DNA of 64,000 nucleotides from Euglena gracilis (taxonomy: Eukaryota). The translations under genes were made by a program, and so were the position numbers. Position 1 is the first letter of the stretch, and the number at the start of each line of letters is the position of its first letter. The stretch is taken from contig CP154954.1 of the NCBI GenBank assembly GCA_039621445.1, positions 24,750,954 to 24,814,953 of the forward strand, written 5' to 3'. Under the pieces are notes generated by a model, which saw nothing but the letters and a program-made list of their open reading frames with translations, was not told where the DNA came from and made no database searches. This document shows, in pieces, positions 39,801 to 53,511 of this stretch.

Positions 39801-41425
39801 CTTGTTGAACAGCGCCAGAAGAGGTTCAGTCGGATGAACACCACAGACTTGTTGGACAGCGCCGGAAGAAGTTCGGTCGGAGGAACACCACAGACTTGTT
39901 GGACAGCCCCAGAAGAAGTTCGGTCGGATGAACACCACAGACTTGTTGGACAGCGCCAGAAGAAGTTCGGTCGGATGAACACCACAGACTTGTTGGACAG
40001 CGCCAGAAGAAGTTCGGTCGGATGAACACCACAGACTTGTTGGACAGCCCCAGAAGAAGTTCGGTCGGATGAACACCACAGACTTGTTGGACAGCCCCAG
40101 AAGAAGTTCGGTCGGATGAACACCACAGACTTGTTGAACAGCCCCAGAAGAGGTTCAGTCGGATGAACACAACAGACTTGTTAAACAGCGCAAGAAGAAA
40201 TTCGGTCGGATGAACACCACTGACTTGTTGGACAGCCCCAGAAGAAGTTCGGTCGGATGAACACCACAGACTTGTTGGACAGCGCCAGAAGAGGTTCGGT
40301 CGGATGAACACCACAGACTTGTTGGACAGCGCCAGAAGAAGTTCGGTCGGATGAACACCACAGACTTGTTGAACAGCGCCAGAAGAAGTTCGGTCGGATG
40401 AACACCACAGACTTGTTGGACAGCCCCAGAAGAAGTTCGGTCGGATGAACACCACAGACTTGTTGGACAGCGCCAGAAGAAGTTCGGTCGGATGAACACC
40501 ACAGACTTGTTGGACAGCCCCAGAAGAAGTTCGGTCGGATGAACACCACAGACTTGTTGGACAGCCCCAGAAGAAGTTCGGTCGGATGAACACCACAGAC
40601 TTGTTGGACAGCCCCAGAAGAAGTTCGGTCGGATGAACACCACAGACTTGTTGGACAGCCCCAGAAGAAGTTCGGTCGGATGAACACCACAGACTAGTTG
40701 AACAGCCCCAGAAGAGGTTCGGTCGGATGAACACCACAGACTTGTTGGACAGCCCCAGAAGAAGTTCGGTCGGATGAACACCACAGACTTGTTGGACAGC
40801 ACCAGAAGAAGTTCGTTCGGATGAACACCACAGACTTGTTGAACAGCGCCAGAAGAGGTTCAGTCGGATGAACACCACAGACTTGTTGGACAGCGCCGGA
40901 AGAAGTTCGGTCGGAGGAACACCACAGACTTGTTGGACAGCCCCAGAAGAAGTTCGGTCGGATGAACACCACAGACTTGTTGGACAGCGCCAGAAGAAGT
41001 TCGGTCGGATGAACACCACAGACTTGTTGGACAGCGCCGGAAGAAGTTCGGTCGGAGGAACACCACAGACTTGTTGGACAGCCCCAGAAGGAGTTCGGTC
41101 GGATGAACACCACAGACTTGTTAAACAGCGCCAAAAGAAGTTCGGTCGGATGAACACCACAGACTTGTTGAACAGCCCCAGAAGAGGTTCAGTCGGATGA
41201 ACACAACAGACTTGTTAAACAGCGCAAGAAGAAATTCGGTCGGATGAACACCACTGACTTGTTGGACAGCCCCAGAAGAAGTTCGGTCGGATAAACACCA
41301 CAGACTTGTTGAACAGCCCCAGAAGAAGTTCGGTCGGATGAACACCACAGACTTGTTGGACAGCGCCAGAAGAAGTTCGGTCGGATGAACACCACAGACT
41401 TGTTGAACAGCGCCAGAAGAAGTTC
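33892..41425. repeat. 47-bp tandem satellite, ~160 copies
   Basis: Unit CCCCAGAAGAAGTTCGGTCGGATGAACACCACAGACTTGTTGGACAG, head-to-tail with no spacers. Common variants are GGAC/GAAC and GCCCC/GCGCC. Poly-C interruption at ~34918-35022. Confidence 0.98.
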
Positions 41426-44384
41426 AAGCAAATACACAAGACCCTATCGGACCCCGACCTAATCGAGGAAGTTCGGGTGGCGGCCGCACCCACAACAGCG
41501 CTGCAGGGTGCACAGCGAGTCCATCTGGAGCTGTGACTGTGGCTCGAGGGTCAGGCGCACGGTGACCAGCCTGCATGCGCATGTTGCCGTGTGTGTCCAG
41601 GGTGTGCAGCAGCATAATCTGCTCCATTTCGAGTGCCGGACAGCTGCTCCGCCCCTGGGGACGGCGAGCGACCCATCCATCCATCCATGAACACACCCCA
41701 GGGGCAACAGGGGCTCTCACAGGGGCGGTGCCCACGGGAGCGAGCGTTACCTCAGTGCTGGGGCGGTAGTGGGGGGATTTCTGCGAGAGGAATGCATTTC
41801 CTCCTTGGTCTCTTTTGAGTCCAGGGGGTGGCTTCGCTGCAAGGCAGGCTGCGCTGCTGGGGCAGATGCTGATTCTGTGGGGTTCTAATTCAATGGTTGC
41901 ACCATTGATAAAAAATACAAAGAGGTTTGGGCGGTGGGACACTTGACAGTGGCTTGGAAGAGAGTTTGTGCAGTCTGTGAAGGGCGGACGCAGACAAAAA
42001 CCAACAGTGCTCTTCCTCCTCCAACAAATCCCATGCCAAAACAGATGTTATGATTTGCATTGTTTATCTGCTTTTCATAAGCACCTCTCCATGTCTGTGA
42101 CCCCTTTCTGTCCCCTGTCAATATTCCAGCAATTACCTGGGTGGATGCATTGCACCAGTTCACAATTAAAACTCCCAATTCTGGTATCTGGTTTCTGGTT
42201 TCAAGAATTTCTGATTGTCAATCCTGGGGTATTGGGTTGGAGCTGAACTGTCTAAGCATATTCTGAATCTGCTAAGCTTGTGGTGGTCATTTTCTTCAAC
42301 AGTGAAGCACAAGGAAGGGGTGCAGGGTAGCCCATCACAGAAAAAGAACTTGATGTGACTGGATCCACGCAATGAAGGCTCCACTGAAGCCCGTCAGTGA
42401 AGTTAGACTGTGTAGGCTGTGGGTGTGCCTGCACTGCAGCTGGCAGTGTTGAGGCGACTGCAGCACTGTGCTGGGGCTGAGTTGCAGGTTTGGGGGTGGC
42501 AGTTATGGAGGGGGGGCTGCGGGGGGTCTGTGTGGTAAAAAAGCGTCAGCAGTTGTGGCATCAAGGGTGGCCCCACAGATATGGTTGCGGCACAGAGGAT
42601 GTGGGTCGGCGCTGGGACGTGGGGAACACCTTGGCAGGGGTTGCTCCACAGAGACTGTGGCAGTATGGGCTGTGGTGGGTGCGTCGGTGGCGGCACTGCG
42701 ACCATGACTTGCTGTAGTGGTGGCGCTGCTCGGGGGGGGGGTCCACACAATCGACCAAAACAAACACAACAATTCCACAAAGGCTAAAAAAAAAAATAAT
42801 TAACCACACCACAAAAAAAAACATTCTAAGGTTCAAATGTGTTCAATGCAATCAATGCAAGGAGAATTTTGTCATTGAAATTTTGGAAAAGATAAATGCA
42901 CTCAAAAGTTGCAACAAAAAAAAGTTGGTATCAGGTGTTCCTGAGTGGGTATATGCATGTGAAAGGGGGGTCACAAACAAAGCTGGGATGATGTTCCACT
43001 GGCGTCTGTGGGGTGGGGGTGCAGACAGAGCCAGGGCAGAGTTCCTGAGAACCGGATGGATGGACGGCGGGGTGTGTGCAACTGGGGGCGATGGGTTGGG
43101 GTTGAGTTAGGATGAGACAGGCAGAAACAATAAATGCTAGTGGGGGGGGATGGCCCCAGGTCTAGGAAGAGGGCGGTAAGCAGACACTCACACCTAGACG
43201 GTGGCGTGGGTCCGAAAAAATTTGACCCCAAAAAGGCCAAAAGTGCCATTGTGAATGCCTTTTGGGCAAAATTTGCCAAAAATGCAAAAATTTTGGCGCA
43301 AAGCGCCAGAGAGAAGATTTCGACCTTGCACTGACAGCCGCATTGGGACCTTGGCCGTGGCGGAGTACCTTGCCAGCCTGCCTACCACCCTGCTGGTGTG
43401 TGCTGACTGAAATGAGCAGCAAGAGGAAATTGGATGAAATACTCGTGGATTAAATTTGGGAGAGTGTTTAAAATAGTGGTCTCTTTTAAGATGATGCGAC
43501 ACATGGTTGCACTTAATGTCTAGAACAGCATTGGGTGGGGGAAGTTTTCCCGAGCACTGAAAAAATGATTTATTTATGGGTGTGCGGGCAGGGTAGAAGG
43601 TGGTGGCAGAGCCAGGGCAGGGTTCCTGGGTGCTGGATGAGGGGACACCAGGGGGGGTTGGCAGCCACCATGGCGGGGGGTGAGCTGGGAGTAGGAGTTG
43701 GCTGAAGCAGCAACAGACCCGAAGATTATCACTCGCCCATCGGGGATCAAAATTACGAGAAGCAGCATGGGAACCGTCATTAGGCTGGTGTGCACAAAAT
43801 ATGTTTGCATCCCCGAAAGGCTGTGAAGTGAAACAAACAACACATTACATAAGAACAGACCATGGAGAAAGCTGTGTCTCACCGCGGTCTGTGAGAGGGG
43901 TGGCTAGGGGGCGTGCACCGCTGACACATACAAGAAGAATGGGCGTGGTGTAGTTAATGTGGGGAGTGGGCTGGGAGTGCATGGGGGGGTATGATGAAAA
44001 TTAGTCTTCCTTGGGGTTTTCCCCAACCTTTTCGCCTCGGGGAAGTGGGAAAGGCTGGATTTTATGCATTATGTGGATTTATACCACAATGGGCTTGACT
44101 TTTGAAATTGGGGTATTTGCAAGGAAGAGGTCCCAAACTGCACCACTGCTATGTACTGACTGAAATGAGCAGCAAAATCAAGTTTGATGCAATCTGTGGA
44201 TATAACTTAGGATATTGTTTCAGGCAGTAGTTGAATTAAAAAAAAAAATGCTGCACATAAATGGTTGCACTTCAGCGGCTAGAACAAAATCGGGGAAGGT
44301 GGGGAAGGTGGAAGTTTTTGGACAGATAAATAAATAAACAATGTTAAAGTTTTCAAAAACTGACGCGGTGTCCAAGGCCATCGG

Positions 44385-47300
44385 TACTTTGCAGGCAGAA
44401 CACCACAAGGCTGGGGTTGATCCGGAGATTCGGTGGTAAGAGGCCCAAAGGTGCTTGGGGTGGTGGAGTTTGGTGAGTAGAACACCGCGCGGTGGGTGTG
44501 GTGGTCTGGAAGTTTGGCAGAAAGGACACCATGAGGTGATTGGGTTAACAAAAAAAAATTTGGTGTGACACCTGGGGTGGTTGGGTTGTGGTCCAGAAGT
44601 TAGAAACATAGAACAACAAAAGATGTTGGGGGCTTCTCCGGAAGGACGGTGGGTAGGACTTTGCGGAGGGGAGGGTATATGCAGTTTCGGAGGGTGGGAC
44701 ATCTTGGGGTGGTTGGGGGATCCTGAAGTATGGTAAGTTTGGTTATTTGGTAGGATACCGCGGGGTGGTGAGATTGTGGTACGGAAGACTGAGGGTAGAA
44801 TTTCAAAAGTGGTTGGGCCTTCTAACGCCACGGGGCACTTGGGGTGGGCCAGAAGTTCAAAGGGTAGGACACCAAAAGGTGGTTGGAGTTGTCCCGAAGT
44901 CTGGTGGGTAGAACACCACGGGGGGAGGGGAGGGGTTATCCGCAACGTCGGTGGGTGGAAAAAGTGGGTTGTTGGAGTGAGCCAGAAATTTGGGAGCACC
45001 ACGGAGGGGTTGGTGTGGTCCGGAAGTTCGGTGGGCAGGGCACCACAGGGTGGTTGGGTTGCGGTACGGAAATGTGAGGGGTAGAACATTATGGGGTGCT
45101 TGGGGTGGCCCAGGAATTCGGAAGGGAGGACACCACTGGTTTGTTGGGGTGGTCTGGAAGTTCTGTGGTGGACCAAATTGGGGCCATCTGTACAGGGGTT
45201 TTTTGTTTTAAGTCGTGTGAGTTCGGCTGAGCCCCCCCCCCCCTGGTTCCCCCCAGGGGGGAGTGGGGTATTCTTTCGGTGCCAAAGGCGCCAAAAATCT
45301 TTGAAAAGGTGCTATTTGAAGTATTCTCTGCGATTTTTGCCATTTTCGGGGGTAATTGAGTGAGTCCCCGGGACCCCCTGGGGTCCCCCAGGCCCTTCGG
45401 TCTTTTTTTTTTTAAAAAAAAAAAAGAAACCTGCATCCGGAAGTTCAGTGAATAGGACACCACCAGGTACTTGAGGGAGTCCAGAAATTTAAAGTGTAAG
45501 AGTCGGTTGGAGTTGTCCCGAAACCCGGTGGGAGGGACACCACGGGTGGTTGGGGAAGAACAAAAATCACCGGTGGTTTCGGGTCTGGAAGTTTGACAGA
45601 AGAACAGGCACCCCAGGGTGGTGCGGAAATTTGGCAGTTAATACACCACAGGTTGGTTGGGGTGGTCCTGGAAATTGGTGGTTAGAAACACCGTGGGGCA
45701 CTTGGGGCTACCCAGAAGTTCAAAGGGTAGGACATCAAGGGCAGGTAGGAGTTCTCCCGAAATCTGTTGGTTGGACACCGGGAGGGGGGTATCTGTGGGA
45801 GGTATCAACTTTGGTACGTGAGGGTGCTATGACAATTTGGTCGATAGACATCATGGGATGCCCATCCGGAAATTCAAGGATTGGAGGGTACTTGCGATGG
45901 TCCAGAAATTCAAAGGGTAGGTCACCAAGAGGTGGTTGAAATGGTCCCGAAGTCTGGTGGGTAGAACACCACGGGGGTGGGGGGGTCTGCAACTTCGGTG
46001 GGTGGGAAACCAGTGGGTTGTTGGAGTGAGCCAGAAATTTGGAGGGTAAAAAACCACGGAGTGGTTGGTGTGGTCCGGAAGTTTGAGAGGTAGAACACCA
46101 AAAGCGTGGTTCGGGTCCGGAAATTCCATGAGTGCAAACATCACGGGGTGTTCAGGGTGGTCCAGGAATTCGGATGGTAGGACACCATTGGTTAGTTGGG
46201 CTGGGGTGGAAGTTCCGTGGGTGGAACAAATGGGATGATTGGGGCCATCCGGAAGTTCGGCGGATAGGACACCACAGGGTACTGGGGTTGTCCAGAAGTT
46301 CAAAGGGTAAGCGTTGCTTGGAATTGGGGGGGGCTGTCCCGAAATCCGGTGGGAGGGACAAAAATAAAAAACCACGGGTGGTTTCGGGTCTGGAAGTTCG
46401 ACAAGAAGAACATTATGGGGTGCCTGGGGTGATGCAGAAATTCGGCAGATAATACACCACAGGTTGGTTGGGGTGGTCCTGGAAATTAGTGGTTAGAAAC
46501 ACCGTGGGGTACTTGGGACTACCCAGAAGTTCAAAGGGTAGGACACCAGGTTGGATTTTTCCCGAAACCTGTTGGTTGGACACCAGGTCAAAGGGTAGGA
46601 CACCAGGTTGGATTTTTCCCGAAACCTGTTGGTTGGACACCAGGAGGGGGGGTATCCGCAACTTTGGTGTGTGAGGGTGCTCTGACAATTCGGTAGGTAG
46701 ACATCATGGGATGCCCATCCGGAAGTTCAAAGATTGGACACCACGGGGGTACTTGCGATGGTCCAGAAGTTCAAAGGGTAGGACACCAAAAGGTGGTTGG
46801 AGTTGTCCCGAAGTCTGGTGGGTAGAACACCACGGGGGGAGGGGGGTCCGCAACTTCGGTGGGTGGAAAGCCAGTGGGTCGTTGGAGTAAGCCAGAAATT
46901 TGGGAGCACCACGGAGGGGTTGGTGTGGTCTGGAAATTCGGTGGGCAGGGCACCACGGGGCGGTTGGGTTGCGGTACGGAAATGTGAGGGGTAGAACACC
47001 AAAGGGTGGTTTTGGGTCCGGAAATTCCACGAGTAGAACATTACGGGGTGCTTGGGGTGGCTCAGGAATTCGGAAGGGAGGACGCCATTGGATGGTCGGA
47101 GCTATCCCGAAGTTCGGTTGATGGGACACCACAGGGTACTTGGGGTAGTCCAGAAGTTCAGAGGGTAGGACACCAAATGGTGGTTGGAGCTGTCCCAAAG
47201 TCTGGTGGGGAGGACACCCCTATTTACTTGGGGTTATGTGGAACTTTGGGGGGTTGAACACCACGGGGTGGTTGGGTTATCCGTAGTGCAGTCAGTAAGA

Positions 47301-48490
47301 CACATTGGCGTGGTTGGGTTGTGGTCCGGAAGAGCGAAGGGTCAAACATTAAAAGGTGGTTGGGCCTATCCGGAATTCGGGTGAGGAGGGGACACACCAT
47401 TGCTTAGCGACCCCCAGGGGGGAGGGGGGGTCACTTTCCACTCCGAAAAAACCAGTCAGTCACTTTTTTTCGGCCAAGCCAGTCAGTCACTTTACCTCCA
47501 GGGGGGGGTCGGCCACTCAGGAAAACCAGTCACTTTTTGGCCTTTCAAGGCCATTTTGGCCAAAATTTTCTCCGGCATCTTCGGCGCCGGTTGGCCACTC
47601 AGCCACTTTTGGGTGATTTCTGGCCTACCCCACCCCCGGGGGGAGGGGGGTCACGGCCAAAAAACCAGTCGGTCGCTCTGAAAAAACCAGTCAGTCACCC
47701 CCCCCCCGGGGGTGGGTGGGACAGGTGTTAAGCAATGGTCTGGGAGGGGACCACAGGATACTTGGGGTGGCCGGGAAAATCAGAGGGTCGGTTACCAGGG
47801 ATGACTGGCTAACTCAGAGTGGAACACCATGGGGCGGCTTTAGCCTTTCCAGCAGTCCGGTGGTTGGAAACACCATGGGGTACTGGGGATGGTTGGAGTT
47901 GTCCCGAGATCCAGTTGGTAGAACATCAGCAGGGGATAGAATGGTCGAACACCATGGAGTGGTTGGGGTGTTCCAGAAATTCGGTGGATCGGAAACAGTG
48001 GGGTGGTTGGGTTTCTGGAAATTCGATGTGTTGAACACGATGGGCTGATTGGGTTATTCGGAAGTTCGGCGGGTAGGGCACCATGGGGTGGTTGGGGAAA
48101 ATCCGACGTCTGCTCCGCAAGTTTGGGGGGTGAATTAGCCACGGCGTGGTTGGCGCGGTCTGAAATCGGAGGGTTACAACACCACGAGGTAATTGGGGTC
48201 GTCCGGAATTTCAGTGGGTAGAAACACCACAAGCTGTCAATTCCAAACACTCCACCCCTTCGAGTTTGGAAATAATTCAAATTTGAGGGGGGGTAGACAA
48301 CTAACCATGGGGGGGGGGGGCTTTCCGAAAATTAGCAGGGTAGTCAGGGTGCTATGGTGATCCGAAATTTTAGGAGCATCACACACCACGGGGTGGTGGG
48401 GTGGTCCTGAAGGTCCACGAGTCCAGGGGTAGAACACCGGACGATTGGGGACGCCCAGAAGTTTGAGAAGAAAACATCACGGGGTGGCTG
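44385..48490. repeat. Degenerate ~44-45-bp tandem array with larger block duplications
   Basis: Recurring approximate unit CCRGAARTTCGGTGGGTAGRACACCACRGGGTGGTTGGGGTGGT. Blocks ~44820-45160, ~45890-46200 and ~46740-47180 resemble each other. Interrupted by unrelated inserts at ~45190-45430 and ~47405-47730. Confidence 0.8.
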
Positions 48491-48648
48491 GTTTATACGG
48501 ACGTTCGTTAAGTGAGATGCCAATGGGTGACACAGAATATAACTGGGGGGAAACTAAAATTGCAAGAGGTAGAAAGGGACCGGACCCCCCACAACGATTC
48601 AGGATAGGGGGCTAGGGGAGAAAATAGGTATAAGGTGAGAGAGTTGGA

Positions 48649-51010
48649 GGTTCACATAGAAACGAAGGTGTCCCACTGGTGTATACAGGTTGAACTGTGC
48701 AGTGGAAGAAAACGGGATTTAATTCACGGGTAAAATTCGAGACAGTCATTAAACCGTGGGCTGCGAATAAATAGTTGTGTGTGTGAATGGTCACACAGAA
48801 ACAACAAGCACCCAACCAATGTTGTGGATGAATGGAATTTACCGCTTGACTGGAAGGTAGGGCTTTGCGGATGGGTGGGTGGCTGGGTGGGTGGGTGGGT
48901 GGAGGCAGGTTTCCTGGATGCCGGACGACGGTGGCGGCGGGGGTGCTGTCGGCGGCCAATCACTGGTGGGGGCTGGGGCGTGGGCTGGCTGAAAAATGGT
49001 GTCAGGCTCACTGGAAAATTATCGCTCGACCCTGAGTGGGACGTGATTCAAATTCCGAAACACAGCCGAGGAAACTCCATTTGGTTCGTGCACGTAACAT
49101 GCGTTTGCACATGTCTTTGCCAGGCTGTGGAATCAATTAGCAAAATTGAACAGACCGCGGAGAGATCGGTGTCTCACCACGGTCTGAGAGGAAGCAGCTG
49201 GAACACGTGTGCAGATGGGAAAAGAATAATGGGCCTGGTGTAGTAAATGTGGGGCGTGGCCTGTGGGTGGGGTGCAGGATGTGGAGTAGCGCTGGCAAAA
49301 CTTCTTTTCCTAGAATTTCCCCCACCCTTTTTTCCCCCCCTGGGGTTCAGGTGCTGTTTGTAGGCTTTGTGGGTGTGCACCCCATAATGGTTTCACTTAA
49401 GAGATGTGGAGGTTTACATAGAACCGAAGGTGTCCCACTGGTGTAAACAGGCTGAACTGTGCAGTGGAAGAAAACGGGATTTAATTCACGGGTAAAATTC
49501 GAGACAGTCATTAAACCGTCGGCTGCGAATAAAATAGTTATGTGTGTGAATGGTCACACAGAAACAACAAGCACCCAACCAATGTTGTGGATGAATGGAA
49601 TTTACCGCTTGACTGGAAGGTAGGGCTTTGCGGGTGGGTGGGTGGCTGGCTGGGTGGAGGCAGGTTTCCTGGGTGCAGGACGACGGTGGCGGCGGGGGTG
49701 CTGTCGGCGGCCAATCACTGGCTACTGGTGGGGGCTGGGGCGTGGGCTGGCTGAAAAATGGTGTCAGGCTCACTGGAAAATTATCGCTCGACCATGAGTG
49801 GGACGTGATTCAAATTCCGAAACACAGCCGAGGAAACCCCATTTGGTTCGTGCACGTAACATACGTTTGCATGTCTTTGCCAGGCTGTGGAATCAATTAG
49901 CAAAATTGAACAGACCACGGAGAGATCGGTGTCTCACCACGGTCTGAGAGGAAGCAGCTGGAACACGTGTGCAGATGGGAAAAGAATAATGGGCCTGGTG
50001 TAGTAAATGTGGGGGGTGGCCTGTGGGTGGGGTGCAGGATGTGGAGCAGCGCTGGCAAAACTTCTTTTGCCAGAATTTACCCCACCCTTTTTTTTTCCTG
50101 GGGTTCAGGTGCTGTTTTTAGCCTTTGTGGGTGTGCACCCCATAATGGTTTCACTTAAGAGATGTGGAGGTTCACATAGAACCGAAGGTGTCCCACTGGT
50201 GTAAACAGGCTGAACTGTGCAGTGGAAGAAAACGGGATTTAATTCACGGGTAAAATTCGAGACAGTCATTAAACCGTGGGCTGCGAATAAATAGTTGTGT
50301 GTGTGAATGGTCACACAGAAACAACAAGCACCCAACCAATGTTGTGGATGAATGGAATTTACCGCTTGACTGGAAGGTAGGGCTTTGCGGGTGGGTGGGT
50401 GGGTGGCTGGGTGGGTGGGTGGGTGGGTGGAGGCAGGTTTCCTGGGTGCCGGACGACGGTGGCGGCGGGGGTGCTGTCGGCGGCCAATCACTGGTGGGGG
50501 CTGGGGCGTGGGCTGGCTGAAAAATGGTGTCAGGCTCACTGGAAAATTATCGCTCGACCCTGAGTGGGACGTGATTCAAATTCCGAAACACAGCCGAGGA
50601 AACTCCATTTGGTTCGTGCACGTAACATGCGTTTGCACATGTCTTTGCCAGGCTGTGGAATCAATTAGCAAAATTGAACAGACCACGGAGAGATCGGTGT
50701 CTCACCACCGTCTGAGAGGAAGCAGCTGGAACGCGTGTGCAGATGGGAAAAGAATAAAGGGCCTGGTGTAGTAAATGTGGGGGGTGGACTGTGGGTGGGG
50801 TGCAGGATGTGGGGCAGCGCTGGCAAAACTTCTTTTCCCAGAATTTTCCCCCACCCTTTCCTTTTTTCAGTTTCTCACTTTTTTTTTTACTGGGACTTGG
50901 GTGCTGTTTGTAGGCTTTGTGGGTGTGCACCCCATAATTCTTTCACTTGAGAGATTTGGAGGTTCAAATGGAACTGAAGGTGCCCCACTGGTGTGTGCAG
51001 GCGGAACTGT
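48649..51010. repeat. ~760-bp tandem repeat, 3 copies plus the start of a fourth
   Basis: The motif GGTTYACATAGAAMCGAAGGTGTCCCACTGGTGTA recurs at 48649, 49411, 50169 and (diverged) 50961. Interiors are near-identical. Confidence 0.95.
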
Positions 51011-51303
51011 TGATTTGAGGCAATTGAATACAATACGAAGATAAAGTGTGGATGAAATCGTGGCTTTGTATGTCGGATGTAAATAATTAATGATATGCAT
51101 GAATGGTTCCACATAAAGCGCTGACAGATTAATTGTGTTTGGAGGGATTATTTTTCCGTAATTTATGGCATTGGGGTGACAATAGAACCAGGGTGGGGTG
51201 AGCCCTGGCCGAATGTCGTTGCACAAGAATTTGATCTGAGGGGAGCCCATGGAGCTCGTTAGCAGGGGATGAGGTTTGCCCAAGGAAGTAGGCCTAGATA
51301 TTA

Positions 51304-51882
51304 GCCCATGGGAGCAGGCCATGAGATGAGGCCGTGCCCATGGGAGCAGGTCATGAGATGAGGACGTGCCCATGGGAGCAGGTCATGAGATGAGGACGTG
51401 CCCATGGGAGCAGGTCATGCATGAGATGAGACTGTGCCCATGGGAGCAGGCCATGAGATGAGGACGTGCCCATGGGAGCAGGTCATGAGATGAGACCATG
51501 CCCATGGGAGCAGGTCATGAGATGAGACCGTGCCCATGGGAGCAGGTCATGAGATGAGACCGTGCCCATGGGAGTAGGTCATGAGATGAGACCGTGCCCA
51601 TGGGAGCAGGTCATGAGATGAGGACGTGCCCATGGGAGCAGGTCATGAGATGAGGACGTGCCCATGGGAGCAGGTCATGAGATGAGACCGTGCCCATGGG
51701 AGCAGGTCATGAGATGAGGACGTGCCCATGGGAGCAGGTCATGAGATGAGACCGTGCCCATGGGAGCAGGCCATGAGATGAGACCGTGCCCTTGGGAGCA
51801 GGTCATGAAATGAGGACGTGCCCATGGGAGCAGGTCATGCATGAGATGAGACCGTGCCCATGGGAGCAGGCCATGAGATGAA
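51304..51882. repeat. 32-bp minisatellite, ~18 copies
   Basis: Unit GCCCATGGGAGCAGGTCATGAGATGAG(AC/GA)CGT; two units carry a 4-bp insertion. Confidence 0.97.
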
Positions 51883-53511
51883 ACCCTGAATACCATGAAT
51901 ACATACCAGTGGGGACCGGAGCTCCACTTATTAGGTACTGGGCCTAAAAGCGGAACTCATCTCAGAATGAGGTGTGGAAAAAGCACTCACACGACGCTTG
52001 TTTTCAGGAGTGACATTTGGCAGATGTGCGCATCCATCGTGGAAAGGGCCAAAAAGTGCCTGCTGCATGCCATTGACACACATGTCAGTGTTGGTTGAAG
52101 GGAGAGATGCATGTGTGCAAGGGAGTTCAGGAGGGGATAGAAATAGAAAAAAAATGATCCAGACCATTCCCTAGTTATACAGGGCTGGTCTGGGACTGGC
52201 CGGGGGGCCGTTTTCTGGGTCGTGGGTTGCTCCTGTGGGCAGAAGGTCTGGCAAAGGGATTGGGGGCATTCCTTCTGAGGGGATTGTGACATAGCTCAGG
52301 TGGGGGGTCCACCTCTTCCCAGAAAGTTTGGCCCGGTTCGCCGTGCCATCGGCACGTTGACCCCCTCCCGCCACGGGGAGGCTGGGCACCGCTGGGGTCC
52401 CGGTGGGAGGGTCCCCCCCGGGGGGGGGGGGGGGGGTCCGGGGACCCCCCCAAAATCGGGCCCGTTAAAGGCAATTTTCAAAAATTTTCGGCGCTTCGCG
52501 CCGAAAAGGTATACCCAGCGCCTCCGGCGCGGGACCCCCCCCCCGGGGGGGGGGTCCGGCCCGGACCCACCCACCCACCCCCCCTCCCCCCGGGGGGGGG
52601 GGTCAGGTGACTTAAAAAGAAGCCTGGGTGTATGAGAAGGACAGAGAGCTGTGGCTTGAGGGGGAGGGGATGGCACAGCAATGCTGAACGTTTGGGAGAA
52701 ACAGTTATGCCAGCCGCCCCTCCAGGGGAGGTTTACTTGAAAATTCACACCAAGAAAACCCCCCAAAAGTGGCCATGACCCACAAGCCTTTGGACTCCCC
52801 AGAGGGGGATGGGAGGAGGTCTGGCGGACCCCCCCCAGGTTTCCAATCTTTAATAAATAATTGATTAATATTATTATTGATCAATATTAATTAGTATTAG
52901 TGAAATAATAATAAATAAATGACCCTGGCCCAAACCAAGTTGAATGGTTGTGCAACACAACACGAGGGAAAAACACAACCAAAGGGGTGCCTGCAGCGCA
53001 CTGCTAGGGGGACTGGAGGCGAACTGAGCCGCTCCCGTGTTCCCAAACCACACTGCGGCTTTTGAGATACACTAGTTCCGTGGTTGTGCAGTTGAGCATC
53101 ACCATGCCGGAAAAAGGAAAAGAAGCAGTTTCCTTTCTGTCACTTTGAGGGACAAAAATCTGCCTTGAGCAACGGTGAGGGGATGCACCTGTGAAACAAG
53201 AGCCGCTGCAGACGGTTCTGCTCCCCAGCAAACGTCCGGACCCAGAGGGAGTAAGACGGATACGCCCGCCACACCGAGTCCTGGAAATCACAAGACTACC
53301 TGCCTTGTGACACCGCCACTGTCCTTGCAAACACACCCATCCACATGGGATTGCTGAATCGAATTTGAACCGCCCCAGCTGAACATGCAAGCAAGCAAGC
53401 AAGCAAGCAAGCAAAAACGAATGGGGCATTTCTTTTCTTCATTTCTCAGCAGCACCAGCAGAGTGGGGGAAATGCACATCTGAGCAGTTTTGACCGCTTT
53501 GGAAATGGTTG

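Noticed and set aside
33892-41425. CRISPR array
   Set aside because: Units are contiguous with no unique spacers, there are no cas genes, and the context is eukaryotic.
33395-41493. Very long minus-strand ORFs (up to 1639 aa) of repeating VVFIRPNFFWGCPTSLWCSSDRTSSGAVQQVCGVHPTELLLGLSNKS
   Set aside because: By-product of a 47-bp unit with no minus-strand stop triplet (roughly a 1-in-10 chance for random sequence). All three frames give the same peptide, and frequent indels shift frame freely.
44220-47198. Pro-rich ORFs in the degenerate array
   Set aside because: Repeat-derived; frames are inconsistent between duplicated blocks.
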